Shown here piece after piece: positions 28,860-38,731 of a stretch of 58,558 bases of DNA (position 1 is the stretch's first letter; the number at the start of each line of letters is the position of its first letter). The notes beneath the pieces were generated by a model. The model ran no database searches, was not told the DNA's origin, and saw nothing but the letters and a program-made list of their open reading frames with translations. The stretch spans positions 1 to 58,558 of the IMG/VR virus record IMGVR_UViG_3300047550_005955; one strand, 5' to 3'. The stretch comes from a virus (lineage: Duplodnaviria; Caudoviricetes). The position numbers were made by a program, and so were the translations under genes.

Positions 28860-28978
28860 AATCCTCTTGATATAACACACTATATCTATTTGTCTTTAGA
28901 TCGATTGCTAACTATTTACTAGCAACGCAACCAGTGTATCGCTGGTATGTTGTATTTTTATAAGGGAGATAAATAAAT

Positions 28979-31858
28979 ATGTCAAAACAGAAAGGTTTTG
29001 CAGTTATATCTGGCTCTAGCACAGTAGTAGCCAAGATAATGGAAAATGGGACCGTAGTATTCGGTCAGGATAAGCCAGTAAATCTACGCGTAAGCGGTAC
29101 ACTGGTTCTTGATCTTTCCGGTTCAGCAGGTGGTACTGGTAAGGTACTACACGTAGACGCAGCCGGCAGTGCTTCTTTAAGCAAAGTTGCTGCTAGTAAT
29201 GTAACGGTAAATGCAGTTGGTGGTGTATCTGGTGATAACGTCCAAGCAATATTGGAAGGTTTACAGAGCAATATTAGTGCTCTAGATACTGGTGCGAGCC
29301 AGGATCTTTCTAGCCTCGAGGCTCGCCTCTCTGGTGAAGAAGTTTCACGTTCTTCTGGCGACACTAGTCTCACTAGTAGACTTTCAGGTGAAGAAAGCAC
29401 CCGCGCTGCAGCAGTTAGTAGTTTAAACACTGCTTTAAGTACTGAAGTAGCAAGTTTAGATACTGTTATTTCTAACGAAGTTTCTAGTTTAGAAAGCAAA
29501 ATTAACGACGACATTAGCAGTCTAGTTAATGGTGCACCAAGCGTACTAGATACCCTCAAAGAACTCGCTGATGCGATTAGCGGCGACGCAAGTTTCGTAT
29601 CAACAGTATTCAGCAAGGATTCTAGTCTAGAAGCAGCCATTTCTTCAGAAGTGTCTGCCCGTGAAAGTGCAGTAACCTCATTGCAATCGGCTCTTGAATC
29701 ATCGGCATCTACCGATTTTGCAAGTGTTGATACACGTTTAAGTGCAGCAGAATCTACCGAAGCAGCAGATGTAGATAGTCTTGATTCAAGATTGTCAACT
29801 GCCGAAGCGGATCACGATTCAGACGTACTCAGCATTGATAATAGACTTTCAACTGAAGAAAATGCTCGCGGTTCAGCAGATACCAGCCTAACCAGCCGCC
29901 TATCAACTGAAGAAAATGCCCGCGCTAGCGCAGATTCTTCATTAGAATCTAAACTTAGTGCTGACATGTCTGCCGAAGCAAGTATTCGTGCAAGTGCTGA
30001 TAGCAGTCTAACCAGCCGCTTGTCAACCGAAGAAAGCGCTCGTTCAAGTGCCGATGGTAGTATCGACGCTCGTGTAAGTGCAGAAGAAAGTACACGCGCT
30101 GCAGCAGATACCAGCCTAACAAGCCGTTTATCAACTGAAGAAAGTGCACGTACAAGTGCAGTATCAAGTGTTGATAGTCGCGTTTCATCCGAAGAAAGCG
30201 CTCGTGCAAGTGGAGACAGCAGTCTCGCTTCCGCTCTCTCGGCTGAATCTTCGACACGCGCAAGTGCAGACAGCAGTCTAGCATCTGCCGTTTCAGCCGC
30301 AGAAAGTTCTGCTAACAGTTATACCGATTCAGCAGTTGCTGCATTGGTTGATAGTGCACCAGAACTTCTCAACACACTAAATGAACTTGCTGCAGCACTA
30401 GGCGATGACGCAAACTTCGCTACAACCGTAACAAGTACCATTGCTTCTAACGTTGCAAGTATAGAGGCAGTAGTATCAGGTGAAGCAAGTACTCGTGCAA
30501 GTGCAGATTCTTCATTAGAATCGAAACTTAGTGCCGATATGTCTACCGAAGCCAGCACCCGTGCAAGTGCTGACAGTAGCCTAACAAGTCGCTTATCATC
30601 TGAAGAAAGTGCCCGTGCAAGTGCAGATTCTTCACTTGAATCAAAACTAAGCGCTGACATGTCAACTGAAGCCAGTACTCGTGCAAGTGCTGACAGCAGT
30701 TTGACCAGTCGTTTGTCATCTGAAGAAAGTACTCGTACAGCAGCAGTTTCAAGTGTTGATTCTCGTGTTTCAACCGAAGAAAGTGCTCGTGCAAGTGCTG
30801 ATAGCAGCCTAACAAGCCGCTTATCAACCGAAGAAAGTGCACGTACAAGTGCAGATTCCAGTATTGATGCTCGTGTCAGCACTGAAGAATCAACACGCGC
30901 TTCCGCTGATAGTAGTCTAACAAGTCGTCTATCAACTGAAGAAAGTGCACGCGCAAGTGCAGACAGTAGTCTATCAAGCGCTCTATCAAGTGAAGAATCA
31001 TCCCGTGTTTCTGGCGATGCATCCGTATTAACGTCTGCAAACAGTTACACAGATTCTGCTGTAGCGGCTCTTGTTGATTCTGCTCCAGCACTTCTTGATA
31101 CACTAAATGAACTTGCTGCAGCACTGGGCGATGATCCAAACTTTGCTACAACTGTAACAAGTACGATCGCCAGCCACAACGCAGCGTTGTCAAGCGATAT
31201 TTCAACCGAAGCAAGTACTCGTGCTTCTGCTGATAGCAGCCTAACAAGTCGCTTATCAACCGAAGAAAGTGCACGTTCCTCTGCTGATAGTAGTCTAACA
31301 AGTCGCCTATCAACTGAAGAAAGTACTCGCGATTCAGCCGATAGTAGCCTAACAAGCCGTCTATCAACTGAAGAGAGTGCTCGTACTTCTGCTGATAGTA
31401 GCCTAACAAGCCGTCTATCAAGCGAAGAATCAGCGCGCGCGGCAGGAGATGATTCTCTTGATACTCGCCTCGATAATGTTGAAGCAACCACTCTTGTAAT
31501 CAATGGCACAGCCAATGAAGTTACAGTAACTGGTTCATTCGCATTTGGTGTTGCAAATACGTTCACAATCGGTCTACCAGATGATGTAACCGTTGCTGGT
31601 AACCTAACTGTAAATGGAAACGCAACACTAGGTGATAGTTCTGCTGATCAAGTGACTGTTAACGGTAAGTTCCAGGCTCCTAAGTTTACCGCTCTAACAA
31701 TCCCAGCAGCATACACCTCTGGTGATCAGTCGGCTAATAATGGACATATGTTCTATCTTGATGCCGCTGATGATGCTGTAGCCGCCTTCCCACAGGGACA
31801 GAAATGGTACTTCTGTGAAGACGGTGAATGGCATGCAAGTCCATTCTTTGCTGAATGA
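28979..31858 (+). CDS. Long coiled-coil fibre (18-aa repeats)
   Basis: Dozens of RASADSSLTSRLSTEESA-type units; three SAP..L.TL.ELAAA..D..F segments typical of phage fibres. Confidence 0.8.
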   Translation: MSKQKGFAVISGSSTVVAKIMENGTVVFGQDKPVNLRVSGTLVLDLSGSAGGTGKVLHVDAAGSASLSKVAASNVTVNAVGGVSGDNVQAILEGLQSNISALDTGASQDLSSLEARLSGEEVSRSSGDTSLTSRLSGEESTRAAAVSSLNTALSTEVASLDTVISNEVSSLESKINDDISSLVNGAPSVLDTLKELADAISGDASFVSTVFSKDSSLEAAISSEVSARESAVTSLQSALESSASTDFASVDTRLSAAESTEAADVDSLDSRLSTAEADHDSDVLSIDNRLSTEENARGSADTSLTSRLSTEENARASADSSLESKLSADMSAEASIRASADSSLTSRLSTEESARSSADGSIDARVSAEESTRAAADTSLTSRLSTEESARTSAVSSVDSRVSSEESARASGDSSLASALSAESSTRASADSSLASAVSAAESSANSYTDSAVAALVDSAPELLNTLNELAAALGDDANFATTVTSTIASNVASIEAVVSGEASTRASADSSLESKLSADMSTEASTRASADSSLTSRLSSEESARASADSSLESKLSADMSTEASTRASADSSLTSRLSSEESTRTAAVSSVDSRVSTEESARASADSSLTSRLSTEESARTSADSSIDARVSTEESTRASADSSLTSRLSTEESARASADSSLSSALSSEESSRVSGDASVLTSANSYTDSAVAALVDSAPALLDTLNELAAALGDDPNFATTVTSTIASHNAALSSDISTEASTRASADSSLTSRLSTEESARSSADSSLTSRLSTEESTRDSADSSLTSRLSTEESARTSADSSLTSRLSSEESARAAGDDSLDTRLDNVEATTLVINGTANEVTVTGSFAFGVANTFTIGLPDDVTVAGNLTVNGNATLGDSSADQVTVNGKFQAPKFTALTIPAAYTSGDQSANNGHMFYLDAADDAVAAFPQGQKWYFCEDGEWHASPFFAE
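29310..31475. repeat. Degenerate 54-bp coding tandem array with higher-order duplications
   Basis: Recurrent GATAGCAGCCTAACAAGCCGCTTATCAACCGAAGAAAGTGC-like units. Confidence 0.9.
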
Positions 31859-31888
31859 TAGTATAATATAAACTACTTGTTTTAGTTT

Positions 31889-31918
31889 AGCCGGCGCCTT
31901 AGTGGCGCCGGTTTTTTT
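31889..31918 (+). terminator. Rho-independent terminator
   Basis: CCGGCGCC-TTAGT-GGCGCCGG followed by T7. Confidence 0.9.
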
Positions 31919-31999
31919 GTGTTTATTAAAAAAAATGCTGTTTTTTTGGCTAAAATAGCATTTTGTTCCATATTTATAAGCGTAGCAAGCGAGTAATAT

Positions 32000-32551
32000 A
32001 TGTCTAAAGGGCTTTCTGTAGTAAGCGGTTCAACTCACGTACACAAACTATTAAGCGACGGAACAGTAAGTTTTAGTGGTTCTGTACAAATCACCGGAAC
32101 AATAATACCGGAAGGTGATGGCGCGCGTTCATTAGGTTCTGACGAAAAAAGATGGTCAGATGTTTATGCAATACAAACAACAGTTGGTGCGGTTTTCGAA
32201 ACTGGTCTTACAACTATTGGATTGGGAGAGTATCCAACTGGAACTGTTGTTATTTGGGAAAGTGGAAAAGTAAAGCCATGTAATACAAAAGAAGACTGCA
32301 GAGTTGTTGGAGCAACAAAGCATGGAAAAGATCAACCTATTATATTAGGCGCAGAATATGTGTTGGTAACAGGAAAAGTCAAAGAGGGAGACTGGATAGT
32401 TACCAGCGAAACGGCGGGACATGGTTGTGCTGCAAAAATATACGGCTTTTTTGGCAAAAGACGTGATTTATTTGGAAAAGTAATAGGTCAAGCGCTTGAA
32501 GATTCTGATGCTGAAAGTGCACTTATTAAATGCTTTATAAAGAAAATCTAG
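32000..32551 (+). CDS. Fibre-associated protein with a peptidase G2/intramolecular-chaperone-like domain
   Basis: LGS..KRW.DVYA then GTVV..VVG..V.VTG.VK.GD.IVTS..AGHG..VIG.ALED; N-terminus resembles 28979. Confidence 0.55.
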   Translation: MSKGLSVVSGSTHVHKLLSDGTVSFSGSVQITGTIIPEGDGARSLGSDEKRWSDVYAIQTTVGAVFETGLTTIGLGEYPTGTVVIWESGKVKPCNTKEDCRVVGATKHGKDQPIILGAEYVLVTGKVKEGDWIVTSETAGHGCAAKIYGFFGKRRDLFGKVIGQALEDSDAESALIKCFIKKI

Positions 32552-32633
32552 TTTTTAACGCAAAAATGGCATCTTATAAAAAATAAAACTATTTATTTCA
32601 GATAAAAGTGTATTTTCTCTAGGAGTATGTTTA

Positions 32634-33851
32634 ATGAGTAGTTCAAAATTATTAGAACAAGCAATAGTTGACGCACAAGCATTACGTGATGCCGCGTTTA
32701 AAAGTGCGCAAGAAACTCTTTTGGAAAAATACGCCCCACAAATAAAAGAAGCAGTTCAGCAACTGCTAGAACAAGAAGAAGAGACGCCAGATGCCGATAC
32801 TGCTAGTCCAACAGATGCATTGGCCGGTGGGCAATCTGATATGCCATTAACTGATTTTGGTGGAAGCGCTGAAACATCGATGGGTAAAGGCAAAGTTGCT
32901 GGAACAGCAAATGAGTTACCATTAGCGGCTACTGACGGTGAAAAACTATGTCCTTGCCCAGATGATGACAAAGAAGTCGAAGTAGAACTAGATTTAGGCG
33001 CTCTTGCCGATCAACTAAGCGATGAAGCAGAAGAGGAAGAAGCACCTGGATTAGAATCCGGTCCAGCAACAGGTATGATGGGTTCTCCACAGGCTGCTGG
33101 TGGTGCTACCGCTCTTCAAGAAGATATTGAAGAAGTAGCCGGTGATAAGATGATGTCATTAGGCGAAGAAGAACTTCTTGAAGTTTCATTAGACGAACTT
33201 TTGACCACAGAAGAACAGTTAGAAGAAGATGAAGTCGAAGAAGCGAAAGATGGCGTTCCTGAAACCGAAAGGGAAAAAGAACTTGCAGCAATGGCGCCAC
33301 CAAAAAACAAGATCACACGCGGCGATGTAGTTGCAGCAAAAATAGCAAGCGGCAAAAAAGAAGAATCATTAAGCGAATCAAAAGCAAAACAACTATTAAC
33401 CGCATCTACCGAACTATTAAAAGAACACAAGTCTCTCCTGAAATCAGTCGAGAGCAAAGATGAAAAAATCAAACAACTGTTGGATGAGAACAAAAAATTC
33501 GCATCCACTATAGAAGAAATGTCGCAAGCATTTAAGAAACTTGAAGAAGTTAATCTTACAAATGCCCGACTCTTCTATTCAAATCAGGTCTTGAAAAGCG
33601 CCTCCTTGAATGAGCGACAAAAAAATCACATTGTCGATGCTGTTTCAAAGGCTGATTCTGTAAATGAGGCAAAAACGGTATATGAAACACTGGTCAATTC
33701 AGTGGGTGCACCATTAGACAAAGAAAGGTCACCAAAATCACTGAATGAAGCAATCAGCAAAAAGAGTTCATTCCGTCTGCCTCACAAGCAAGCAGAACAA
33801 CCCGCAGATCCAAATAAAGATCGCTGGTTAAAATTAGCCGGTATTAAATAA
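32634..33851 (+). CDS. Prohead scaffold/core protein
   Basis: Acidic and helical, directly upstream of MCP; VNLTNARL.Y, terminal RWLKLAGIK. Confidence 0.8.
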   Translation: MSSSKLLEQAIVDAQALRDAAFKSAQETLLEKYAPQIKEAVQQLLEQEEETPDADTASPTDALAGGQSDMPLTDFGGSAETSMGKGKVAGTANELPLAATDGEKLCPCPDDDKEVEVELDLGALADQLSDEAEEEEAPGLESGPATGMMGSPQAAGGATALQEDIEEVAGDKMMSLGEEELLEVSLDELLTTEEQLEEDEVEEAKDGVPETEREKELAAMAPPKNKITRGDVVAAKIASGKKEESLSESKAKQLLTASTELLKEHKSLLKSVESKDEKIKQLLDENKKFASTIEEMSQAFKKLEEVNLTNARLFYSNQVLKSASLNERQKNHIVDAVSKADSVNEAKTVYETLVNSVGAPLDKERSPKSLNEAISKKSSFRLPHKQAEQPADPNKDRWLKLAGIK

Positions 33852-33879
33852 TACCAAATATACTTTAAGGAGTTTAAAA

Positions 33880-35550
33880 ATGTCAGTTATCAAACGTTTA
33901 ACAGAAGGCGTAGTAAAACGTGACCTCGAAAAAGAAGGTGGCGCTCTACTATCAAAATGGTCAGAAACAGGTCTATTAGAAGGTATTGGCGATGAAAAAG
34001 CCAAGGCTTCAATGGCTCGTCTATTAGAAAATCAGGCTCAGGAACTACTCCGCGAAGCCAATACAATGACAGGAGGTGATGTAGAAGGTTTTGCCGCCGT
34101 AGCGTTCCCAATTGTACGCCGCGTGTTCGGTCAGTTGATTGCTAATGAACTCGTTAGCGTACAGCCAATGAGTTTACCAAGTGGACTTATCTTCTTCCTA
34201 GACTTCACCTTTGATCGTACACGTTCAGGTGCAGTAGTAAGTTCATCACTATTCGGTGGTGGCGTAGTAGGTTCACAGTTAACCGGTGGTGTTAGTCTTT
34301 CCGGTCTTAATGCTGAAAACTCACTTCGTGCATTAAACAACGGTTATTCACTCGATACCGGTTCGAACAGTGTCACATGTACATTGGTTGCCAGTGGTAC
34401 TTTTGGTACCGGCGATGTTGCTCTAGATAAACTTTGCAAGTTTGATCCAGATGTTGCCGTAAGTTCGTCCGTAGCAGTGTTTACTGTTTTGGCAAGTGCA
34501 CTTTCACAACTAGATCGCACCAATCTTATTGCGATCTCGGGTACCTTTGAAAGTGGTTCATTAGTACGTCGTTTAAGTACTGCCGCTGATTCAACTGGTG
34601 CTGCAATGGGTGGAGAAGCATTTACCCATGTTCGTCTAGTTGTAGTTGGTACTGGTGCTGCAAGTCTAGCAACTGGTGCTCGTGCATTAACTTGGCCATT
34701 ACGTGATGCTCTTGGTAATGTTGGTGCTGGTGCAATCGGTGCTATCGTCGCCTCACAGGTAACCTTTGAAGGCGAAGCAAACATTCCAGAAATCGACATC
34801 AAAGTTGACAGTGTCGCTGTAACTGCTAAGAGTCGCAAACTCAAAGCCAAGTGGACACCAGAACTTGGTCAAGATCTCAATGCTTACCACAATCTAGATG
34901 CAGAAGTTGAGTTGACCTCAATTCTCAGCGAACAGATTGGTCTTGAAATCGATCAGGAAATGTTAGGTGAACTAGTACGTGGTGCAACTGCTGCAACCCT
35001 ATACTGGTCACGTCGTCCGGGTAAGTTCCTTGATCGTACAACCGGTGTAGCAATCGCCAACGGTTCAACCGATCTAAATGGCGCTGACTTTACCGGTAAC
35101 GTAAGTATGTGGTATGAAACCCTCGTTGAAACAATCAACGATGTATCAGCCGCTATCCACCGTAAGACACTTCGTGGTGGTGCAAACTTCGTTGTTTGCG
35201 GACCAGAAGTTGCTAACATCCTTGAGTTCACCACTGGATTCCGTGCAAACGTAGTCCATGATGATGCCAAGGGTACAATCGGTGCAGTCAAAGCCGGTTC
35301 ACTAAGCAAGAAATGGGATGTATTTGTTGATCCGTACTTCCCACGTAACATCGTGCTCGTAGGTCGTAAAGGTTCCAGTTTCCTTGAAAGTGGATTCGTT
35401 TACGCTCCATACGTACCACTACAAGTTACGCCAACCATCTTTGGTACCGAAGACTTCGTACCACGTAAGGGTGTTATGACTCGTTATGCCAAGAAGATGG
35501 TACGTCCAGATATGTATGGCTTGGTGGTAGTCGAAGATCTTCTAGGTTGA
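33880..35550 (+). CDS. Major capsid protein (T4 gp23-like)
   Basis: VSVQPMSLPSGLIFFLD, RKLKAKWTPELGQDLNAYH.LDAE.EL, YAPYVPL, KGVMTRY. Confidence 0.97.
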   Translation: MSVIKRLTEGVVKRDLEKEGGALLSKWSETGLLEGIGDEKAKASMARLLENQAQELLREANTMTGGDVEGFAAVAFPIVRRVFGQLIANELVSVQPMSLPSGLIFFLDFTFDRTRSGAVVSSSLFGGGVVGSQLTGGVSLSGLNAENSLRALNNGYSLDTGSNSVTCTLVASGTFGTGDVALDKLCKFDPDVAVSSSVAVFTVLASALSQLDRTNLIAISGTFESGSLVRRLSTAADSTGAAMGGEAFTHVRLVVVGTGAASLATGARALTWPLRDALGNVGAGAIGAIVASQVTFEGEANIPEIDIKVDSVAVTAKSRKLKAKWTPELGQDLNAYHNLDAEVELTSILSEQIGLEIDQEMLGELVRGATAATLYWSRRPGKFLDRTTGVAIANGSTDLNGADFTGNVSMWYETLVETINDVSAAIHRKTLRGGANFVVCGPEVANILEFTTGFRANVVHDDAKGTIGAVKAGSLSKKWDVFVDPYFPRNIVLVGRKGSSFLESGFVYAPYVPLQVTPTIFGTEDFVPRKGVMTRYAKKMVRPDMYGLVVVEDLLG

Positions 35551-35570
35551 TCTTAAAATAATCTAGATGA

Positions 35571-35604
35571 GAAAGCCCGCCTGAAATATGGCGGGTTTCT
35601 TTTT
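35571..35604 (+). terminator. Rho-independent terminator after MCP
   Basis: GAAAGCCCGCC..GGCGGGTTTC plus T-tract. Confidence 0.85.
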
Positions 35605-35718
35605 CTATCGTCGTCATATCATCTTGTCAACAAAAACATAAAAGAATATTCAGAGTTTTTAGAACTATATATATGTGTTACGCTGTTATCTAGCAGCACA
35701 TTAATGGAGACATAAAAT

Positions 35719-35811
35719 ATGTTTTTTTATAAAGAAGTTGTAGTAGAGAATCCTTTTGAACTAATCACTACTGGTGTTGAAGATTTTGAGGCTGCCGGTG
35801 GATGGTTATAA
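35719..35811 (+). CDS. 30-aa acidic 'FFY' peptide (absent from ORF track)
   Basis: GGAG RBS; MFFYKEVVVENPFELITTGVEDFEAAGGWL*. Confidence 0.65.
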   Translation: MFFYKEVVVENPFELITTGVEDFEAAGGWL

Positions 35812-35848
35812 AGAATTTTGCTTTTTAAAATATAAGGAGAAATAAAAA

Positions 35849-36496
35849 ATGGCTTATTCAGATTGGAGTATTTATTTGCCAAACAATGGCTATGCGGCAC
35901 AAAGCGCTAAGGCGTATGGCAATGATTTTCCAGCACCAACTGGCAACAGCGGCTATTATTGTCGTGAATTAGTAGAGAGTGCAGAAATATATGCATCTGG
36001 TTCGCAATTTATCAATGTTAGCAGTGAATATGCGATAAGAGTTCAGGCGCTTGTCAAGGGCAATATAATGTTGTATATAAATGCCGGCACGATTAATGGC
36101 TACCAGCATAATGGATTTACTTTCCGAGTGGGTGCATATTACTGGATGTCGCAAGTAGTGATGGAGGGTGCGCAAGGAAACAGTGTTAATGTGCACAGTA
36201 TATCAGATGGTACTATTCAATTTCCAAATACTAACTGGAACAGCATTAGATTTACTTTATATCCAATAAATGAAACCCAAGACAGGGTTATTGGAGAAGT
36301 AGAACAGGGAATTGGAAGCGGCATATGGCTTAAATCATTTACCGGATCAAACGGGATGACGGCTACAATGGATGCCGTTATGAACAACCAACCGGGTGTC
36401 GCTGGACGTCGAGTCGGTGTGCGCGCTGGTGGTGGCACAGGATATGTTGATCAACTAAGTGTGTCCTTGGCGGCATTACCAGTTGCTATACCCTGA
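35849..36496 (+). CDS. ConA/lectin-like jelly-roll protein, member 4
   Basis: AAGGAG RBS; MAYSDW..YCREL..YAIRV..WNSIRFTLYP..DRV..YVDQLSV. Confidence 0.6.
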   Translation: MAYSDWSIYLPNNGYAAQSAKAYGNDFPAPTGNSGYYCRELVESAEIYASGSQFINVSSEYAIRVQALVKGNIMLYINAGTINGYQHNGFTFRVGAYYWMSQVVMEGAQGNSVNVHSISDGTIQFPNTNWNSIRFTLYPINETQDRVIGEVEQGIGSGIWLKSFTGSNGMTATMDAVMNNQPGVAGRRVGVRAGGGTGYVDQLSVSLAALPVAIP

Positions 36497-36519
36497 TAAA
36501 AATAAAATATATTATTTTC

Positions 36520-36550
36520 AAGAGCATCCAGAAATGGGTGCTTTTGTTTT
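36520..36550 (+). terminator. Rho-independent terminator
   Basis: AAGAGCATCCA-GAAA-TGGGTGCTTTT plus T-tract. Confidence 0.8.
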
Positions 36551-36608
36551 ATTGAACAAAGAATATGTTTAAACTATTTATATTAAGTCGCGCGAGGTAA
36601 TAACATAG

Positions 36609-37925
36609 ATGTCTGTTCCTATTTTAACTCCTAAAAGTCAAACAAGTGCAATAGCGTTGCCGATAACTGGTACATATGAAAATGTTACTGCAAGTTTGCC
36701 ACTTGGCGTATACGCTGATAGTGCTGATTTTGTTAGTGGAGCAGTAGATCAAGTTGCTTATACCTATAAAATGATAGGTGGAGACGTTCTTGATATCGAA
36801 ATAACAGAAGGACAAGTATATGCCAGTTATGAAGACGCTGTGCTAACATATTCTTATCTTGTCAACTTGCATCAAGCAAAAAACTCAATAGGTTCTCTAC
36901 TTGGTTCTCCAACTGGAAGTTTTGATAGTGATGGCGAAATAAAAAGCGGAAGCGCACTTTATGATCTTGTAAGCGGCTCTGGACCATTAAATCTAACTTA
37001 TCCGATGTATGATATTACCGCTGTTCGCGATATTGCGGACGCATTCTCACACGAGGCTGGAGTTGGTGGCAAGATAGATATTTACTCGGCATCTTTTGAT
37101 GCATTACCAACAATACAAGATTATGATTTACAGGCTGTTGTTGAAAACTTATCAACAAATCCAAGTTCTTCTCTTTACGGAAAGATACCTGCTGGCTCTA
37201 GAATAACAGTTAGAAAAGTTTATTATAAATCTGCGCGTGCTATGTGGAGATTTTATGGTTATTATGGTGGCTTAAACGCAGTAGGAAATCTTTCAACATA
37301 CGGTCAATATGCAGATGACAGTACTTTTGAGATTATTCCTGCCTGGCACAACAAGTTACAAGCCATGGCTTACGAAGATAACATCTATACCAGAATATCG
37401 CATTATTCTTATGAAATAAAAAACAATAAGTTAAGAATATATCCACAGCCAGATTCTACTGATATTCATCAATATTGGTTTGAGTTTTCTGTTTCTGCCG
37501 GCAATGGAGCAAACGTCGGAATAGGTGCACTTTCTGGTTCATCTTATTTGTCCGTGCAGGGCAAAGATGCAAGAATCGGTGGCGTTAATAACATAAACAG
37601 CCTGCCTTTTTCAAATATACCTTTTGATAAAATAAATGCGATCGGTAAGCACTGGATTCGTCGCTATGCTCTTGCGGTTGCGAAAGGAATGCTAGCAGAA
37701 GTTCGTTCAAAGTTTGCAAACATTCCTATTCCCGGTGAGAGCATAACGTTAAATGGCGCTGATTTGCGCGCGCAAAGTAAAGAAGAAAAAGATGCATTAA
37801 AAGAAGAACTATTGAAGATTCTTGAAGACACAGATTATGCAATATTAGCAGAGAAGAGAGCATCGATCAACGATAATGCGAATAAGATACTTTCTTCCAT
37901 TCCGAATGCTATATTTGTGGGGTAG
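36609..37925 (+). CDS. Neck/head-completion protein (gp13-like)
   Basis: LDIEIT..Q; WIRRYALA.AK.ML..VR.KF..IPG..ITLNG..L; position after MCP. Confidence 0.8.
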   Translation: MSVPILTPKSQTSAIALPITGTYENVTASLPLGVYADSADFVSGAVDQVAYTYKMIGGDVLDIEITEGQVYASYEDAVLTYSYLVNLHQAKNSIGSLLGSPTGSFDSDGEIKSGSALYDLVSGSGPLNLTYPMYDITAVRDIADAFSHEAGVGGKIDIYSASFDALPTIQDYDLQAVVENLSTNPSSSLYGKIPAGSRITVRKVYYKSARAMWRFYGYYGGLNAVGNLSTYGQYADDSTFEIIPAWHNKLQAMAYEDNIYTRISHYSYEIKNNKLRIYPQPDSTDIHQYWFEFSVSAGNGANVGIGALSGSSYLSVQGKDARIGGVNNINSLPFSNIPFDKINAIGKHWIRRYALAVAKGMLAEVRSKFANIPIPGESITLNGADLRAQSKEEKDALKEELLKILEDTDYAILAEKRASINDNANKILSSIPNAIFVG

Positions 37926-37929
37926 TTAA

Positions 37930-38721
37930 ATGAGTGATGATAACAAGTGGAAGCAACCAGAACAACCACCGCCACCACTTTTTCTTGGTAAAAAAGAAAG
38001 AGATCTAACCAAACAAATCAATGATGAAATCATTGAAAGAGTTATTGGTCAAACTATTATATATTTTCCAATAAATGTAAAAAATACTCATTTTCATCCA
38101 CTGTATGGTGAAGCAATAGAAAAAGTTTTTCTTCGTCCAGTAGTTATAAAGGCTCTTGTAAAACTTGATTCAGACGAAACATCAACAGAGATATATGGTC
38201 TAGATAAAGATTCTCAGTTGACAATAAACTTCCACAAAAGAAGACTTACAGAAGATCAGGATCTTTTTGTAAGAGAAGGTGATGTTGTTTTTTATGGTAC
38301 AAAGTTTTATGAAATAATGAAACTTGCAGAACCACGTCCATTATTTGGACAAATAGAGCACAAGTTTGAGATACAAGCAACCTGCAAGCGTGCACGACAA
38401 GGTTTCTTTGATGAGCCGATTGCAATATTGCAAATAAGAGAAAAATATAGACAAACCCAAAGAAGCATATATGACATTATTGCAGAAACAGATGTAGACG
38501 GCGCTTGTGACGGAAAAATACAACTCATATCTGGCAAAAGAACAAGTTCTCAAAGAAGTCAGTTTTTGGATTATGTATTAAATGCAGACAAGTATGATGG
38601 TTGTGTTGTTTATTTAACAGAAATAGATGAAGATGAGACATATGGTGATTTTGATCAAATAGATAAGTTTTATTTCAACGAAAGCGGTGTTTGGTACCCA
38701 AGTCAGTTTTTCGCGATATAG
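37930..38721 (+). CDS. Neck protein (gp14-like) with an extra C-terminal domain
   Basis: HPLYGEA..K.F..PV, VREGDVV.YG..FYEI; position in module. Confidence 0.7.
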   Translation: MSDDNKWKQPEQPPPPLFLGKKERDLTKQINDEIIERVIGQTIIYFPINVKNTHFHPLYGEAIEKVFLRPVVIKALVKLDSDETSTEIYGLDKDSQLTINFHKRRLTEDQDLFVREGDVVFYGTKFYEIMKLAEPRPLFGQIEHKFEIQATCKRARQGFFDEPIAILQIREKYRQTQRSIYDIIAETDVDGACDGKIQLISGKRTSSQRSQFLDYVLNADKYDGCVVYLTEIDEDETYGDFDQIDKFYFNESGVWYPSQFFAI

Positions 38722-38731
38722 GAAAACAAAT

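Noticed and set aside
29310-31475. 54-bp periodic array as a CRISPR array
   Set aside because: Units are degenerate, contiguous and in-frame coding, with no unique spacers and no cas genes
35551-35718. tRNA or structured ncRNA in the larger intergenic gaps
   Set aside because: No cloverleaf or T-loop signature seen; only short hairpins and terminators
1496-35728. T7 runs at the start of all four FFY ORFs as phase-variation tracts
   Set aside because: TTT TTT TA is the expected coding of Phe-Phe-Tyr in this AT-rich genome and seven bases is short; cannot be fully excluded without read data
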